Positions 7,885 through 16,940 of a DNA stretch of 25,224 bases are shown piece by piece (within the stretch, counting starts at the first letter, position 1; each line of letters opens with the position of its first letter). Source of the DNA: Candidatus Hodarchaeum mangrovi. GTDB lineage: Archaea; Asgardarchaeota; Heimdallarchaeia; Hodarchaeales; Hodarchaeaceae. The notes beneath the pieces are model-generated. The model did no database searches and was not told the DNA's origin. It saw nothing but the letters and a program-made list of their open reading frames with translations. The stretch covers positions 1 through 25,224 of the forward strand of contig JAEOUE010000242.1 of NCBI GenBank assembly GCA_016839515.1, written 5' to 3'. Made by a program: the position numbers and the translations under genes.

Positions 7885-7907
7885 CTTTAAATCCTGAGGA
7901 TTTAAAG
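7885..7907. promoter_or_regulatory. Perfect inverted repeat in the ndk/hppA divergent intergenic region (candidate operator)
   Basis: CTTTAAATCCT-G-AGGATTTAAAG: 11-bp arms with a 1-nt spacer. Confidence 0.4.
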
Positions 7908-8063
7908 CAATTTTCAGATTTAGTAAATTTAATAGAAGTTTTAAATAGGTTAGGGAATTTTTCCTAAATTCTATGATTGTTTGGATTTTGATATATTTTT
8001 TTGATACTTAATTCAAATCCCTTTTTATTAAAAAAAAAGTTAATAGTCTTGCACAAAAATTGG

Positions 8064-8080
8064 TATTCACCCAGTGAATA
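8064..8080. promoter_or_regulatory. Palindromic candidate transcription-factor site upstream of hppA
   Basis: TATTCAC-CCA-GTGAATA, ending 73 nt upstream of the hppA ATG. Confidence 0.35.
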
Positions 8081-8153
8081 ATAAATTCTCTGTCATAGTT
8101 AAAGGAATTTAAACTATATAGATTATTATAATTGGAAAGGAAAAGTGTAAATT

Positions 8154-10565
8154 ATGTTTCGAACCTTTACTTCATTAGAACCTCATGAACAGTTAACCCT
8201 CATTCTTGTTATCGTAGTTGCCATTATTTCCTTTATTTACTCTTTATGGCTACGTAAAGACGTACTCAGTCATGATACTGGTACTAAACAGATGCAACAA
8301 GTATGGGAAGCTATCAATGAAGGAGCAAACGCCTATTTGGGTCGACAGCTTAGAACAATCCTTCCAATCGTATTAATTCTTACGATTGCTTTATTTTTCA
8401 GCGTTTATTTGGTCGAACCTACAGCAGGAGCTGAAAGAGAATTCGTTGATTTTGATCCTGTTTTAGTTGTCGCTATTGGTCGAACTCTTGCTTTCATCAT
8501 GGGTGCTTCATTTTCCATGATGGTTGGTCAATTTGGAATGCGAATTGCAGTTCAAGGTAATTTAAGAGTTGCAGCTACGGCAGCAAAATCAATTGATGAA
8601 AATGGTAACCTGCTGGATGTGAATAAAAGATACAATAAAGCACTGTCTGTTGCATATCATGCTGGTACTGTAACAGGTATGTTAACCGATGGATTTGGAT
8701 TGCTAGGAGGCACAGTAATCTTTATAATCTTTGGTCAAGCTGCACCTGATGCACTTCTTGGATTTGGGTTTGGTGGAACTATTTTAGCTTTATTTATGCG
8801 AGTAGGTGGTGGTATTTATACTAAAGCAGCTGACGTTGGCGCAGATCTTGTTGGAAAAGTTGAAAAAGATGTTCCTGAAGATGACCCAAGGAATGCGGGA
8901 GTAATTGCAGATCTAGTTGGGGATAATGTTGGGGATTGTGCTGGTATGGCCGCAGATATTTTTGAATCCTATGAGGTAACTATTGTTTCTGCTTTGATTC
9001 TGGGGCTTGTCCTTTATGGAATTGAAGAAAATATTATTTGGATTATGTTTCCTTTGATCGTTAGAGCAATTGGTGTTATAAGTTCGATCGTTGGAACCTA
9101 TGCTGTTGCCCTTTGGAAAACTCCTGACGCAGAAAAAGCGATGTTTCAGTCTTATGAGATTTCAAGTGTAATAACCATCACAATATCAACTTTAGTTGCT
9201 ACTTTTTATGCAGGTGACTGGAGGTTAGGTCTTCTTATTGCCATTGGAGTATTATTGGCAGTTTCCTTTAATCCAATAACTGCTCGTTTTACTTCGAAGG
9301 CTGGTGGGCCTGTAGTCGAAGTTTTCGAATCAACAAAAGGTGGCCCTGCAACTACAATCTTGAGTGGCATATCTCTTGGTTACGAAAGTAGTGTTTGGGC
9401 ACTTATAGCGATATGTATTTCATTTAGTCTAGCAATTGTAACTTATACAATTTTACCAGGGAATGAGATTATTCCTATAATAAATAATTTTTCACACAAT
9501 ATTGAGATTTCATCAGAACATATTGGGGAAACCATTCTCTATGGAATTGCATTAATTGGAATTGGTATGCTCTCGCATACTGGAAACAATGTTGCAATGG
9601 ACTCCTTTGGTCCTATCAGTGATAACGCTCAAGGTATTGCTGAAATGACTGGAATGGATAAAGAATCAAGACGTGTACTGGAAGAATTAGATGCTGTTGG
9701 TAATACAACAAAAGCTATCACAAAGGGTGTAGCCATTGCCTCAGCAGTTATTGCATCCGTGAGCTTATTTGCCTCTTTTGTAACTGATGTCAGTATTGTT
9801 GCACGCAATATAGGCGTTGAAAACCCCCTTGCATTTGGTCTTCGTATTAACATTCCTGCAGTTTTTATAGGCCTTTTGATTGGAGCTGCACTTCCCTGGA
9901 TATTTTCTGCTTTCAACATCAGAGCTGTTAATCGAGCTGCAGGTCAAACAATTGAAGAGGTTCGTCGTCAATTTAAAATTCCCGGGATCATGGAGGGTAC
10001 AAAAAAACCAGAATATGGCAGAGTGGTGAAAATTGTTACTGCTGCAGCGCAAAAAGAACTTATTAGCCTAACAGTTATCGCTGTTAGTGTCCCTATATTT
10101 ATGGCTATATTTTTCTCCCTTGCGCTACACTCTGTAAATCTTCCTGAATATATAGGGTCAGGAGTTGAAGTACTTGGTGGTTTTCAAGCTGGAATAATTG
10201 TTAGTGGACAACTGCTTGCTGTATACATGTCAAATGCTGGAGGAGCTTGGGATAATGCAAAGAAAACGATAGAAGATGAACCAAGGAACTTAGAACAGAA
10301 TACTGGAAAAGGATCAGAACGACATAAAGCTGGAGTTGTTGGTGATACGGTTGGTGATCCATTAAAGGACACCGCAGGTCCAGCATTGAATCCAATGATC
10401 AAAGTTATTAACTTGATAAGTTTAATCATTGCTCCGTTATTAGTTCAGTCCTATAAGAGCCCAATATTGCAGATTATCTTAGCTATTGTGGGAGCTTTTC
10501 TATTTTTAGCCTTCTTATGGGCTTATCGTAGAAGCTCCCGAAAATCGGCACTCAAACTGGAATAA
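8154..10565 (+). CDS. hppA: Membrane-bound ion-translocating pyrophosphatase, K+-independent-type signature
   Basis: [53 protein letters not shown] (Lys form), GGAWDNAKK and [10 protein letters not shown], with many TM helices. Confidence 0.96.
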   Translation: MFRTFTSLEPHEQLTLILVIVVAIISFIYSLWLRKDVLSHDTGTKQMQQVWEAINEGANAYLGRQLRTILPIVLILTIALFFSVYLVEPTAGAEREFVDFDPVLVVAIGRTLAFIMGASFSMMVGQFGMRIAVQGNLRVAATAAKSIDENGNLLDVNKRYNKALSVAYHAGTVTGMLTDGFGLLGGTVIFIIFGQAAPDALLGFGFGGTILALFMRVGGGIYTKAADVGADLVGKVEKDVPEDDPRNAGVIADLVGDNVGDCAGMAADIFESYEVTIVSALILGLVLYGIEENIIWIMFPLIVRAIGVISSIVGTYAVALWKTPDAEKAMFQSYEISSVITITISTLVATFYAGDWRLGLLIAIGVLLAVSFNPITARFTSKAGGPVVEVFESTKGGPATTILSGISLGYESSVWALIAICISFSLAIVTYTILPGNEIIPIINNFSHNIEISSEHIGETILYGIALIGIGMLSHTGNNVAMDSFGPISDNAQGIAEMTGMDKESRRVLEELDAVGNTTKAITKGVAIASAVIASVSLFASFVTDVSIVARNIGVENPLAFGLRINIPAVFIGLLIGAALPWIFSAFNIRAVNRAAGQTIEEVRRQFKIPGIMEGTKKPEYGRVVKIVTAAAQKELISLTVIAVSVPIFMAIFFSLALHSVNLPEYIGSGVEVLGGFQAGIIVSGQLLAVYMSNAGGAWDNAKKTIEDEPRNLEQNTGKGSERHKAGVVGDTVGDPLKDTAGPALNPMIKVINLISLIIAPLLVQSYKSPILQIILAIVGAFLFLAFLWAYRRSSRKSALKLE

Positions 10566-10604
10566 AGAAGAATTAAAACAAGAGGGATTATTTCTTTATT
10601 CCGA

Positions 10605-10617
10605 TTTTTTCTTTTTT
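10605..10617 (+). terminator. Oligo-T archaeal-type terminator candidate after hppA
   Basis: TTTTTTCTTTTTT starting 40 nt after the hppA stop. Confidence 0.4.
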
Positions 10618-10745
10618 ACTTTGTTATAGAATTAAACACCTTTTTATTAGGTAGGGAAATACTCAATAGTCTTGTTGATAAGCCCCTCATTGATCTGTTT
10701 TTCATTAGTATCTACTAGATATTTCGAATTGAGGATTTATGAATA

Positions 10746-11291
10746 ATGTATTTTCTTACACGCATCCATGAAACCATCCGTGTACCCCCAAACAGATTTG
10801 GAGACTCCATTGAGAATGTAATCTTAGACATCACACGATCAAAAAACGAAACGACTATTGGTAGTGATGTGGGGATGATCGTCGCAATTTTAACTGTGAA
10901 TGAAATCTCCCCAGGTCGAATCGTTCCTGGTGATGGAGCTACTTTTCATGATGTTGAATATGAGGCGATAACTTTCCGTCCTTTAGATGATGAAGTAACT
11001 GAAGGAGAGGTAGTAGAAACAACTAAATTTGGTTTCTTCATGCGAATTGGCTGTACGGATGCTCTCGCCCATATCAGCCAAATTGCTGATGAATATTTCC
11101 AAATGTCATCGAGGTCTTCTGGAGTGCTTGTTGGAAAAGAAACAGGTCGTACTATAAGACCTGGTGACCTTGTTCGGGGTAGGATAATAACAGCAACTGT
11201 TGACCATGTTAGTATGAAAATTGCAGTCACAATGAAAGGAGAAGGATTAGGCCTTATCAATTGGCTTCAAGACACAAAGGAGAAAAAATAG
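10746..11291 (+). CDS. rpoE1: DNA-directed RNA polymerase subunit Rpo7 (E')
   Basis: IRVPPNRFG, GRIVPGDGATF, and S1 domain EGEVVETTKFGFFMRIG..DALAHISQI; head of the conserved rpoE1 cluster. Confidence 0.95.
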   Translation: MYFLTRIHETIRVPPNRFGDSIENVILDITRSKNETTIGSDVGMIVAILTVNEISPGRIVPGDGATFHDVEYEAITFRPLDDEVTEGEVVETTKFGFFMRIGCTDALAHISQIADEYFQMSSRSSGVLVGKETGRTIRPGDLVRGRIITATVDHVSMKIAVTMKGEGLGLINWLQDTKEKK

Positions 11292-11486
11292 ATGGTTAAA
11301 CTGAAGGCATGCAAAAAATGCAATAGCATTGTCCATGGAGAAGATGTCTGTCCTATCTGTAAAACACATAATCATCTATCTAAGAATTTTTCTGGAATGG
11401 TGATTATAAGTGATATTAAAACAAGTAGAATCGCTAAGAAATTAAACATCACCCGTCCAGGAACTTATGCTATTAAAGTTCGTTAG
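11292..11486 (+). CDS. spt4: Transcription elongation factor Spt4 (RpoE'')
   Basis: KACKKC...CPIC zinc ribbon, FSGMVII, SRIAKKLNI.RPGTYAIKVR. Confidence 0.95.
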   Translation: MVKLKACKKCNSIVHGEDVCPICKTHNHLSKNFSGMVIISDIKTSRIAKKLNITRPGTYAIKVR

Positions 11487-11496
11487 GCGAATCTAA

Positions 11497-12072
11497 TTGG
11501 GTTACAAACTTCCTCACTCCCTAAGGGAGTCTTTAAGAACTCCAATTGGAAAAATATTTAGCGGTTCTCCTTTGGAAACGACTCAAAAGGTGATAGATTA
11601 TATAGAGGGATATAATAATCCGATTGTAACATCCATTGGTGATTTTTGTACTAAATACCTTCTTGATAAGAATTTTTATCCTAATATCATCATTTATGAT
11701 GGAAAAACAAGAAGAAATGATTCTCTTAACTTAAATCTCGGTAAATATCAATTGATAGATGTTGTTAATCCACCTGAATGGATTACCAATGATAGTTGGA
11801 ATATTATTAAAAACACGATATCTTTTTGTACTTCAAACAAATGCCGTGTAGCTATAAGGATTCAAGGAGAAGAGGATCTTCTGGTAATCCCGACTTTGTT
11901 ATTATCACCTATAGGTAGTTTAATCGTATATGGTCAACCTCCATTCGATAAAAAAGAAACTGGAGGAATAGTTGTTATATTTGTAAATTTAAAAGCAAAA
12001 AACGACGTAAAATCAATGTTTAAGAGGTTTAAATATTACGAGGAAGTAAAGAATGGAAATAACAATAACTGA
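11497..12072 (+). CDS. GTP-dependent dephospho-CoA kinase (DUF359 family)
   Basis: LRTPIG, IGD, IYDGKTRR, VVNPP, IQGEEDLLVIP and VYGQP; conserved position between spt4 and rps24e. Confidence 0.9.
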   Translation: MGYKLPHSLRESLRTPIGKIFSGSPLETTQKVIDYIEGYNNPIVTSIGDFCTKYLLDKNFYPNIIIYDGKTRRNDSLNLNLGKYQLIDVVNPPEWITNDSWNIIKNTISFCTSNKCRVAIRIQGEEDLLVIPTLLLSPIGSLIVYGQPPFDKKETGGIVVIFVNLKAKNDVKSMFKRFKYYEEVKNGNNNN

Positions 12073-12355
12073 AGAAATTTATAATCCGTTAATTGGTAGA
12101 AAAGAAATTCAAGCCATAATAACTCATTTAGGAGAGGTTACTCCCACCAGAGATATTGTTCGGTCAAAAGTTGCTGCCCAACTCAACATGGATAAAAACC
12201 AAGTAATAATCCAAAAAATCCTCGGAAATTTCGGTGAACCCCGATCTAAAGTTACCGTGCATTGTTATGATGATCCTAACGACGTTTTTGCTATTGAACC
12301 TAAATATTTACTAAAAAGGAACTCATTGATAAAAGAAAATGCTGAAGAGGGTTAA
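12053..12355 (+). CDS. rps24e: 30S ribosomal protein S24e
   Basis: NPLIGRKE, TPTR, FG and EPKYLLKRN motifs; synteny. Confidence 0.93.
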   Translation: MEITITEEIYNPLIGRKEIQAIITHLGEVTPTRDIVRSKVAAQLNMDKNQVIIQKILGNFGEPRSKVTVHCYDDPNDVFAIEPKYLLKRNSLIKENAEEG

Positions 12356-12359
12356 ATAA

Positions 12360-12524
12360 ATGACTACCAGAAGAAAATCAGCTAATTCTTATTATGAAGT
12401 TGATTATAAAAAAGGAAGTATTAAACGTACCCATAAATTCTGTCCTCGTTGTAAAGGTACTTTTCTGGCGAAACATAAACAGAGATCATCTTGTGGATTA
12501 TGTGGTTATGCTGAATTTTCATAA
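12360..12524 (+). CDS. rps27ae: 30S ribosomal protein S27ae (eS31), absent from the ORF track
   Basis: Manual translation: [54 protein letters not shown] (54 aa). CPRC...CGLC zinc ribbon; follows rps24e. Confidence 0.93.
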   Translation: MTTRRKSANSYYEVDYKKGSIKRTHKFCPRCKGTFLAKHKQRSSCGLCGYAEFS

Positions 12525-12544
12525 ATTTCTATCCTGATAGTCTT

Positions 12545-13543
12545 ATGTCAAACCAAAAACCTCCTATTATACTTGGTATTGAGGGAACAGCCCATACAGC
12601 AGGAATTGCTGTAATTCAAGGTAAAAATATTCTTCTCAATAAAGCAATAACTTATACTCCATCCCAAGGGGGAATTCATCCCAGAGAAGCTTCTGAGTTT
12701 TTAGGAAAAACGTTTCCAGAGCTTCTCAAAGAAGTTAAATCTGAATTATCACTAAATTTTAGTATGCTAGATGCAATAGCATTCTCACGAGGGCCAGGAC
12801 TAGGACCATGCCTTCGCACAACAGCTACTGTGGCTAGATCGCTTGCTTTACTCCTTAATATCCCTTTAATTGGAGTTAATCATTGTATAGCGCATGTAGA
12901 ATTAGGAAAATCCCTTCTTCAAACATGTGATCCTTTAGTTTTATATGTAAGCGGAGGAAACACACAACTAATCACTTATTTGAACGAAAAGTATCGAGTC
13001 TTAGGAGAAACCCTTGATATAGCAATTGGAAATGCACTGGATAGTTTAGGACGAGAACTTGGTCTCCCACATCCTGGAGGTCCACAAATCGAACAGATAG
13101 CTTTGAAAGGTGAAAAACTACTTAATCTCCCATATGTTATTAAGGGAATGTCATTTTCATTTTCGGGGGTAGTAACTGCAGCAAAACGATTCATTAAATC
13201 TCATTCAATTACAGATATCTGTTATTCCTTTCAAGAATTTACATTTTCAGCGCTTGCAGAAGCTACGGAACGAGCAATAGCTTGTACTAAGAAATCTTCA
13301 CTTCTTCTTACTGGTGGAGTCGCTGCTAACCAAAGACTCCAAGATATGATAAAAGAAGTAGCTCTAGAGCAAGAAGTAGAATGTTTTGTAGTCCCAAAAA
13401 ACCTTTCAGGAGATAATGGTGCAATGATTGCACTAGCAGGTTTAAATATGTTCCAAGTAAAGGATTTTATTACTGTTGATCAGAGTAGAGTAAAACCTCG
13501 CTGGAGAACGGACCAGGTTGATGTCAGTTGGATTCATTCATGA
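12545..13543 (+). CDS. kae1: tRNA N6-threonylcarbamoyltransferase Kae1 (KEOPS)
   Basis: LGIEGTAHT, GGIHPREA, GPGLGPCL, VNHCIAH, LYVSGGNTQ, GETLDIAIGN, GGVAAN, DNGAMIA and RWRTDQV. Confidence 0.96.
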   Translation: MSNQKPPIILGIEGTAHTAGIAVIQGKNILLNKAITYTPSQGGIHPREASEFLGKTFPELLKEVKSELSLNFSMLDAIAFSRGPGLGPCLRTTATVARSLALLLNIPLIGVNHCIAHVELGKSLLQTCDPLVLYVSGGNTQLITYLNEKYRVLGETLDIAIGNALDSLGRELGLPHPGGPQIEQIALKGEKLLNLPYVIKGMSFSFSGVVTAAKRFIKSHSITDICYSFQEFTFSALAEATERAIACTKKSSLLLTGGVAANQRLQDMIKEVALEQEVECFVVPKNLSGDNGAMIALAGLNMFQVKDFITVDQSRVKPRWRTDQVDVSWIHS

Positions 13544-14190
13544 TTTTTAATAACAATAAAATCGCTAAAGGGGCTGAAGCAATCATTTTTAGCGGAAAAT
13601 ATTTAGATTATTCAATTATCATTAAACATCGTCTTCCTAAGAAGTACAGAATTCCAGAAATCGATAATATTATCAGGATGCAACGTTTAAGAGCAGAAGC
13701 AAGAATTACTGCTTTTGCTTGGAAGATAGGGGGTCAAGTTCCTACAATCTTTGCTCTCGATCCTTTTAAAAATCTGTTGATAATGGAAAAGATAGATGGT
13801 AAACTATTATTTAAATCCCTTTCATTTGAAGACCAGACCCTGAAACAGAATTTATTTTATAAAACTGGTAATCAAATTGGATTACTTCATCAAAATGAGA
13901 TTATTCATGGAGATTTAACAGTTTTTAATGTAATAATTACTCCAAGTGAAAAAACATTCATAATAGATTTTGGGTTAGCTCAAATCTCAAACGAAGTCGA
14001 AAAAAAAGCAGAGGATTTGCTAACATTTAGAAATACACTAAAAGCGATTTCAAAAGATTACAAAAAGCTATTTCAGTCCTTTAGAAAAGGTTATTTAGAT
14101 ATTTATAGGGAAGGAAAGAATGCACTAGAACATATGAAGAAAATTGAAAGTAGAGCTCGCTATATCGCACGAGAAGAAAGGTATGAATAA
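13540..14190 (+). CDS. bud32: KEOPS kinase/ATPase Bud32
   Basis: KGAEA, KHRLPKKYR, HGDLT..N, IDFGL and C-terminal RARY. The ATG at 13540 overlaps the kae1 stop (ATGA). Confidence 0.93.
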   Translation: MIFNNNKIAKGAEAIIFSGKYLDYSIIIKHRLPKKYRIPEIDNIIRMQRLRAEARITAFAWKIGGQVPTIFALDPFKNLLIMEKIDGKLLFKSLSFEDQTLKQNLFYKTGNQIGLLHQNEIIHGDLTVFNVIITPSEKTFIIDFGLAQISNEVEKKAEDLLTFRNTLKAISKDYKKLFQSFRKGYLDIYREGKNALEHMKKIESRARYIAREERYE

Positions 14191-14214
14191 ATATTGAAAA
14201 TGAGATGTATTTAA

Positions 14215-14967
14215 ATGAAATTTAAAATTTTCAAAGAAGAACCTGAGATTCTTGATAATTGTAGAGTATTTATTGGTGGATGGCATGGATTGGGAGAAAT
14301 TGGCTATATCTGTGTATCACATCTTGTTCAGGAAATGAAACTAATAAGAGTAGCCACAATCATGTCAAGTGGAGCACCACCTTTTATATCAGTCCAAGAA
14401 AACCAATTAAGGCTACCTTTCGAGATTTATTCAAAGCAAAATTCCGATATTGCAGTTTTCATCCCACATTTACAGCCTTATCGACATGTCCAGATTGAAT
14501 TTTCAGAAAAACTTTCAGAATGGATACTAAGTCACAAAACATTCGAGGTAGCTTATTTCATTGGAGGAGTTGATTCAAGATTGAAGGTTTCTGATCAATC
14601 TTTGCAATATATACCTAGCAGAATGTTCAAATCATATACTGGTGTCTCAGAGAAATTTCGAAATGAAATTGCTACTAATTTACTAGATCAAGGATTATTT
14701 GTTGCAGGACCACTTGCTATAATGCTTGGATACCTTGACATGAACCTCTTTCCTGCAATTGGTCTCCTTGCATATGCTGAAAGAGAACGACCTGATCCTT
14801 TAGGTGCTGTTGCTGCAGTTGAAAAACTAAATAACATACTTAATTTATCAATTGGGACAGAAGAATTGATTAAAAATGCACAACTGATTGAAGAGGAGAT
14901 AAAAAGACAATTAGCTCCGATTGAAGAAACAAATAGAGATTCTCAGACACGACGTATTTATACCTAG
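14215..14967 (+). CDS. PAC2-family proteasome assembly chaperone/activator homolog (PbaA/PbaB-like)
   Basis: GWHGLGEIGYI..HLV, PFEIY, IGG, GPLA, PDPLGA and ELIKNAQLIEEEI; C-terminus ends in IYT. Confidence 0.85.
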   Translation: MKFKIFKEEPEILDNCRVFIGGWHGLGEIGYICVSHLVQEMKLIRVATIMSSGAPPFISVQENQLRLPFEIYSKQNSDIAVFIPHLQPYRHVQIEFSEKLSEWILSHKTFEVAYFIGGVDSRLKVSDQSLQYIPSRMFKSYTGVSEKFRNEIATNLLDQGLFVAGPLAIMLGYLDMNLFPAIGLLAYAERERPDPLGAVAAVEKLNNILNLSIGTEELIKNAQLIEEEIKRQLAPIEETNRDSQTRRIYT

Positions 14968-14984
14968 ATTTTAGGACTTAGAAA

Positions 14985-15770
14985 TCACTTACCAAATCTC
15001 CTTTGTCTTGATTGGTACGTACGAATAGCACGCCAAAGGTCTATCTTTCTAAATCCTGGAAAGTAAACATCTGCAAAATAAAGCTCACTATACGCACTTT
15101 GCCAGGTCAAAAAACCTGAGAGTCTTTCTTCTCCAGATGTCCTAATTATTAAATCCGGATCTGGAATACCATTTGTGTACAAATGTCGACCCACAACCAC
15201 CTCATTAATATCAGCAGAGGTCATTGTACCGTTTTCAATTTTCTTCGCTATTGATTTGATTGCATCAATCATTTCAGCACGACCTCCATAACCAACCGCT
15301 ATAATCAAGGTGGGCCCATCGTTATAAATTGCAGTATTTGTTTCAGCCATTTGAATAGCATTTTGAACGGATTGGGGTAAGAGATGAGTTCTTCCTATAA
15401 CTTTTATACGAACTTTACGTTTTTTGATTTCGGGGTGTTCAATAATTTCTTTAAAGCTTTTTTCAAAAAGGGTCATTAATTCTTTAACTTCTTCTTCGTT
15501 CCTGTTAAAATTTTCAGTTGAAAAAGCATAAAGAGTGACATACTTTATCTGCAGATCATAAAACCACTTTAAAATTTCTTTTAGCTTTTGTTGACCTAAT
15601 TGGTGTCCTAAGTGGCTTGGAAGGTTTTTAGCACGCGCATAACGACGATTTCCATCCATAATCAAAGCAACATGCTGTGGATGAACCCCTTCTTTTATTC
15701 CATCTTTAATCTGGGACCATAATTTTTTTTCATAAATTCGATAAAGGAAGGAATCCAAAGCAATCTTCAA
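14985..15770 (-). CDS. uppS: cis-prenyltransferase (polyprenyl diphosphate synthase)
   Basis: HVALIMDGNRRYA, YAFSTENFNR, YGGRAE, PDPDLIIRTSGEERLSGFL.WQ and C-terminal RRFG. TTG start with GAGGGT SD-like motif. Confidence 0.96.
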   Translation of the reverse strand: MKIALDSFLYRIYEKKLWSQIKDGIKEGVHPQHVALIMDGNRRYARAKNLPSHLGHQLGQQKLKEILKWFYDLQIKYVTLYAFSTENFNRNEEEVKELMTLFEKSFKEIIEHPEIKKRKVRIKVIGRTHLLPQSVQNAIQMAETNTAIYNDGPTLIIAVGYGGRAEMIDAIKSIAKKIENGTMTSADINEVVVGRHLYTNGIPDPDLIIRTSGEERLSGFLTWQSAYSELYFADVYFPGFRKIDLWRAIRTYQSRQRRFGK

Positions 15771-15991
15771 TTTTTACCCTCAAATCAGCCATAAATAAGT
15801 TAAATTATTATTATTATTATTGATAAAAAGAATATCCGAATCATTTTTCCACAAGGTTCATTTTTCTTTTAAGTTAATAGATGTTTAGTTAGAAGAAGTA
15901 ATGAAGATGGAAAGGAAAATTTCAAACCATCCAAATGAACATTAAATCCTTCTTATTCTTTATTTTTATGAACTTCCCTCCTTTGAAATCA

Positions 15992-16076
15992 TGCGGGGGA
16001 TGAGATTTGAACTCACGAACGCCTACGCGACTAGGACCTCAACCTAGCTCCTTTGACCTGGCTGGGAAACCCCCGC
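15992..16076 (-). tRNA. tRNA-Leu (anticodon GAG), intron-less, CCA not encoded
   Basis: Minus strand GCGGGGGTTTCCCAGCCAGGTCAAAGGAGCTAGGTTGAGGTCCTAGTCGCGTAGGCGTTCGTGAGTTCAAATCTCATCCCCCGCA: 7-bp acceptor stem, anticodon arm CTAGG-TTGAGGT-CCTAG, long variable arm and TTCAAAT T-loop. Confidence 0.96.
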
Positions 16077-16123
16077 ATTTGTCACAATATTCTTTTTTGG
16101 AAATTTTTATTTTAATTTCGGTT

Positions 16124-16486
16124 TTATTTAAGAATTATTTTAAAATCCTTCAAAACTGGTTGAATCTCCTTTATCTCCGATGTCGTATAAATTCTTAAAA
16201 TTAAACCTCCTGCAGAGAAAGAATAGACATTTTCATCACCTACAGGTCTGGTTCTAAAGCTAATAGCATTATAAACAAGATGAGCGTCAGAGTATTCTTG
16301 TGAGCTTTTTTTCTTATCTTGGGGAATTATTTCAATGGTAAATTCTTTAAATTCCTCCATTGGGATTAAACCAAGTGGGACTTCAATTCTCCCTCGTAAG
16401 CTCTTTGCCTCATCACGAAAGTCTACTAACCACATATTATTATCTGAATCTTCTTCTAGACGCATTCTTTCTGCATTTATAATCAT
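16124..16486 (-). CDS. rpo8: RNA polymerase subunit Rpo8 (RpoG / Rpb8-like)
   Basis: 120-aa beta-rich protein with C-terminal YSFSAGGLILRI, matching the Rpb8 SxGGLL signature; directly downstream of SmAP3. Confidence 0.7.
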   Translation of the reverse strand: MIINAERMRLEEDSDNNMWLVDFRDEAKSLRGRIEVPLGLIPMEEFKEFTIEIIPQDKKKSSQEYSDAHLVYNAISFRTRPVGDENVYSFSAGGLILRIYTTSEIKEIQPVLKDFKIILK

Positions 16487-16496
16487 AAGATTTCAC

Positions 16497-16940
16497 TTAT
16501 TCCTCTGATGATTGTGTTTGAGCATAGCGGTTGAAAATAGCTCGAACTCGATCAGCAACAGGACCTGAACCTTCCACACCGGTTTCCGACACTTTCACCC
16601 TTTCCAAGACTACAATCAATCCAGCTTCATCATAAACCTTTACATCTCCAGGCCTTCTGAAGATTTGCTCTAGTTCTTCTTTTAATCCTAGTAAATCAAA
16701 TGGAGCTTCTTCTAAGTATATTTCAGATATTAAATCTCCATTTAACGCAATTCTATGAATTTCTTTTAGGTCTTGATCCTTCCGGGCTTTTACAAGAACA
16801 CAAGTTAAAGTCTCAGGACTGACTCCTTTCATTTCACCAACATATTTTGTTCCATTTTTAAGGACTACAGCTACTCTTTTATTAGTAAATGCAGAGATTT
16901 CCTTTTGATAAGACCTTTTTGCCACTCCAATTAAGCTCAT
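16497..16940 (-). CDS. Sm-like archaeal protein SmAP3 (Lsm domain + C-terminal extension domain)
   Basis: Sm1 motif KRVAVVLKNGTKYVGEMKG and C-terminal VKVSETGVEGSGPVADRVRAIF typical of the SmAP3 augmented domain; GGAGG SD upstream. Confidence 0.88.
   Translation of the reverse strand: MSLIGVAKRSYQKEISAFTNKRVAVVLKNGTKYVGEMKGVSPETLTCVLVKARKDQDLKEIHRIALNGDLISEIYLEEAPFDLLGLKEELEQIFRRPGDVKVYDEAGLIVVLERVKVSETGVEGSGPVADRVRAIFNRYAQTQSSEE

Noticed and set aside
9629-11260. Several antisense ORFs within hppA and rpoE1
   Set aside because: Shadows of well-supported genes, with no recognisable features.
12545-14190. Frameshifted Kae1-Bud32 fusion or pseudogene
   Set aside because: Both genes are complete and joined by a normal ATGA stop/start overlap. 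Separate genes are the usual state outside some euryarchaeotes.
12976-14498. ORFs 12976-13194 (-) and 14280-14498 (+)
   Set aside because: Nested in kae1 and the PAC2 gene respectively, with no independent support.
15804-15821. (ATT)6 microsatellite upstream of uppS
   Set aside because: Short and in a very AT-rich spacer; no evidence of function or phase variation.
16007-16198. 63-aa plus-strand ORF
   Set aside because: Overlaps the tRNA-Leu and the Rpo8-like gene on the opposite strand.
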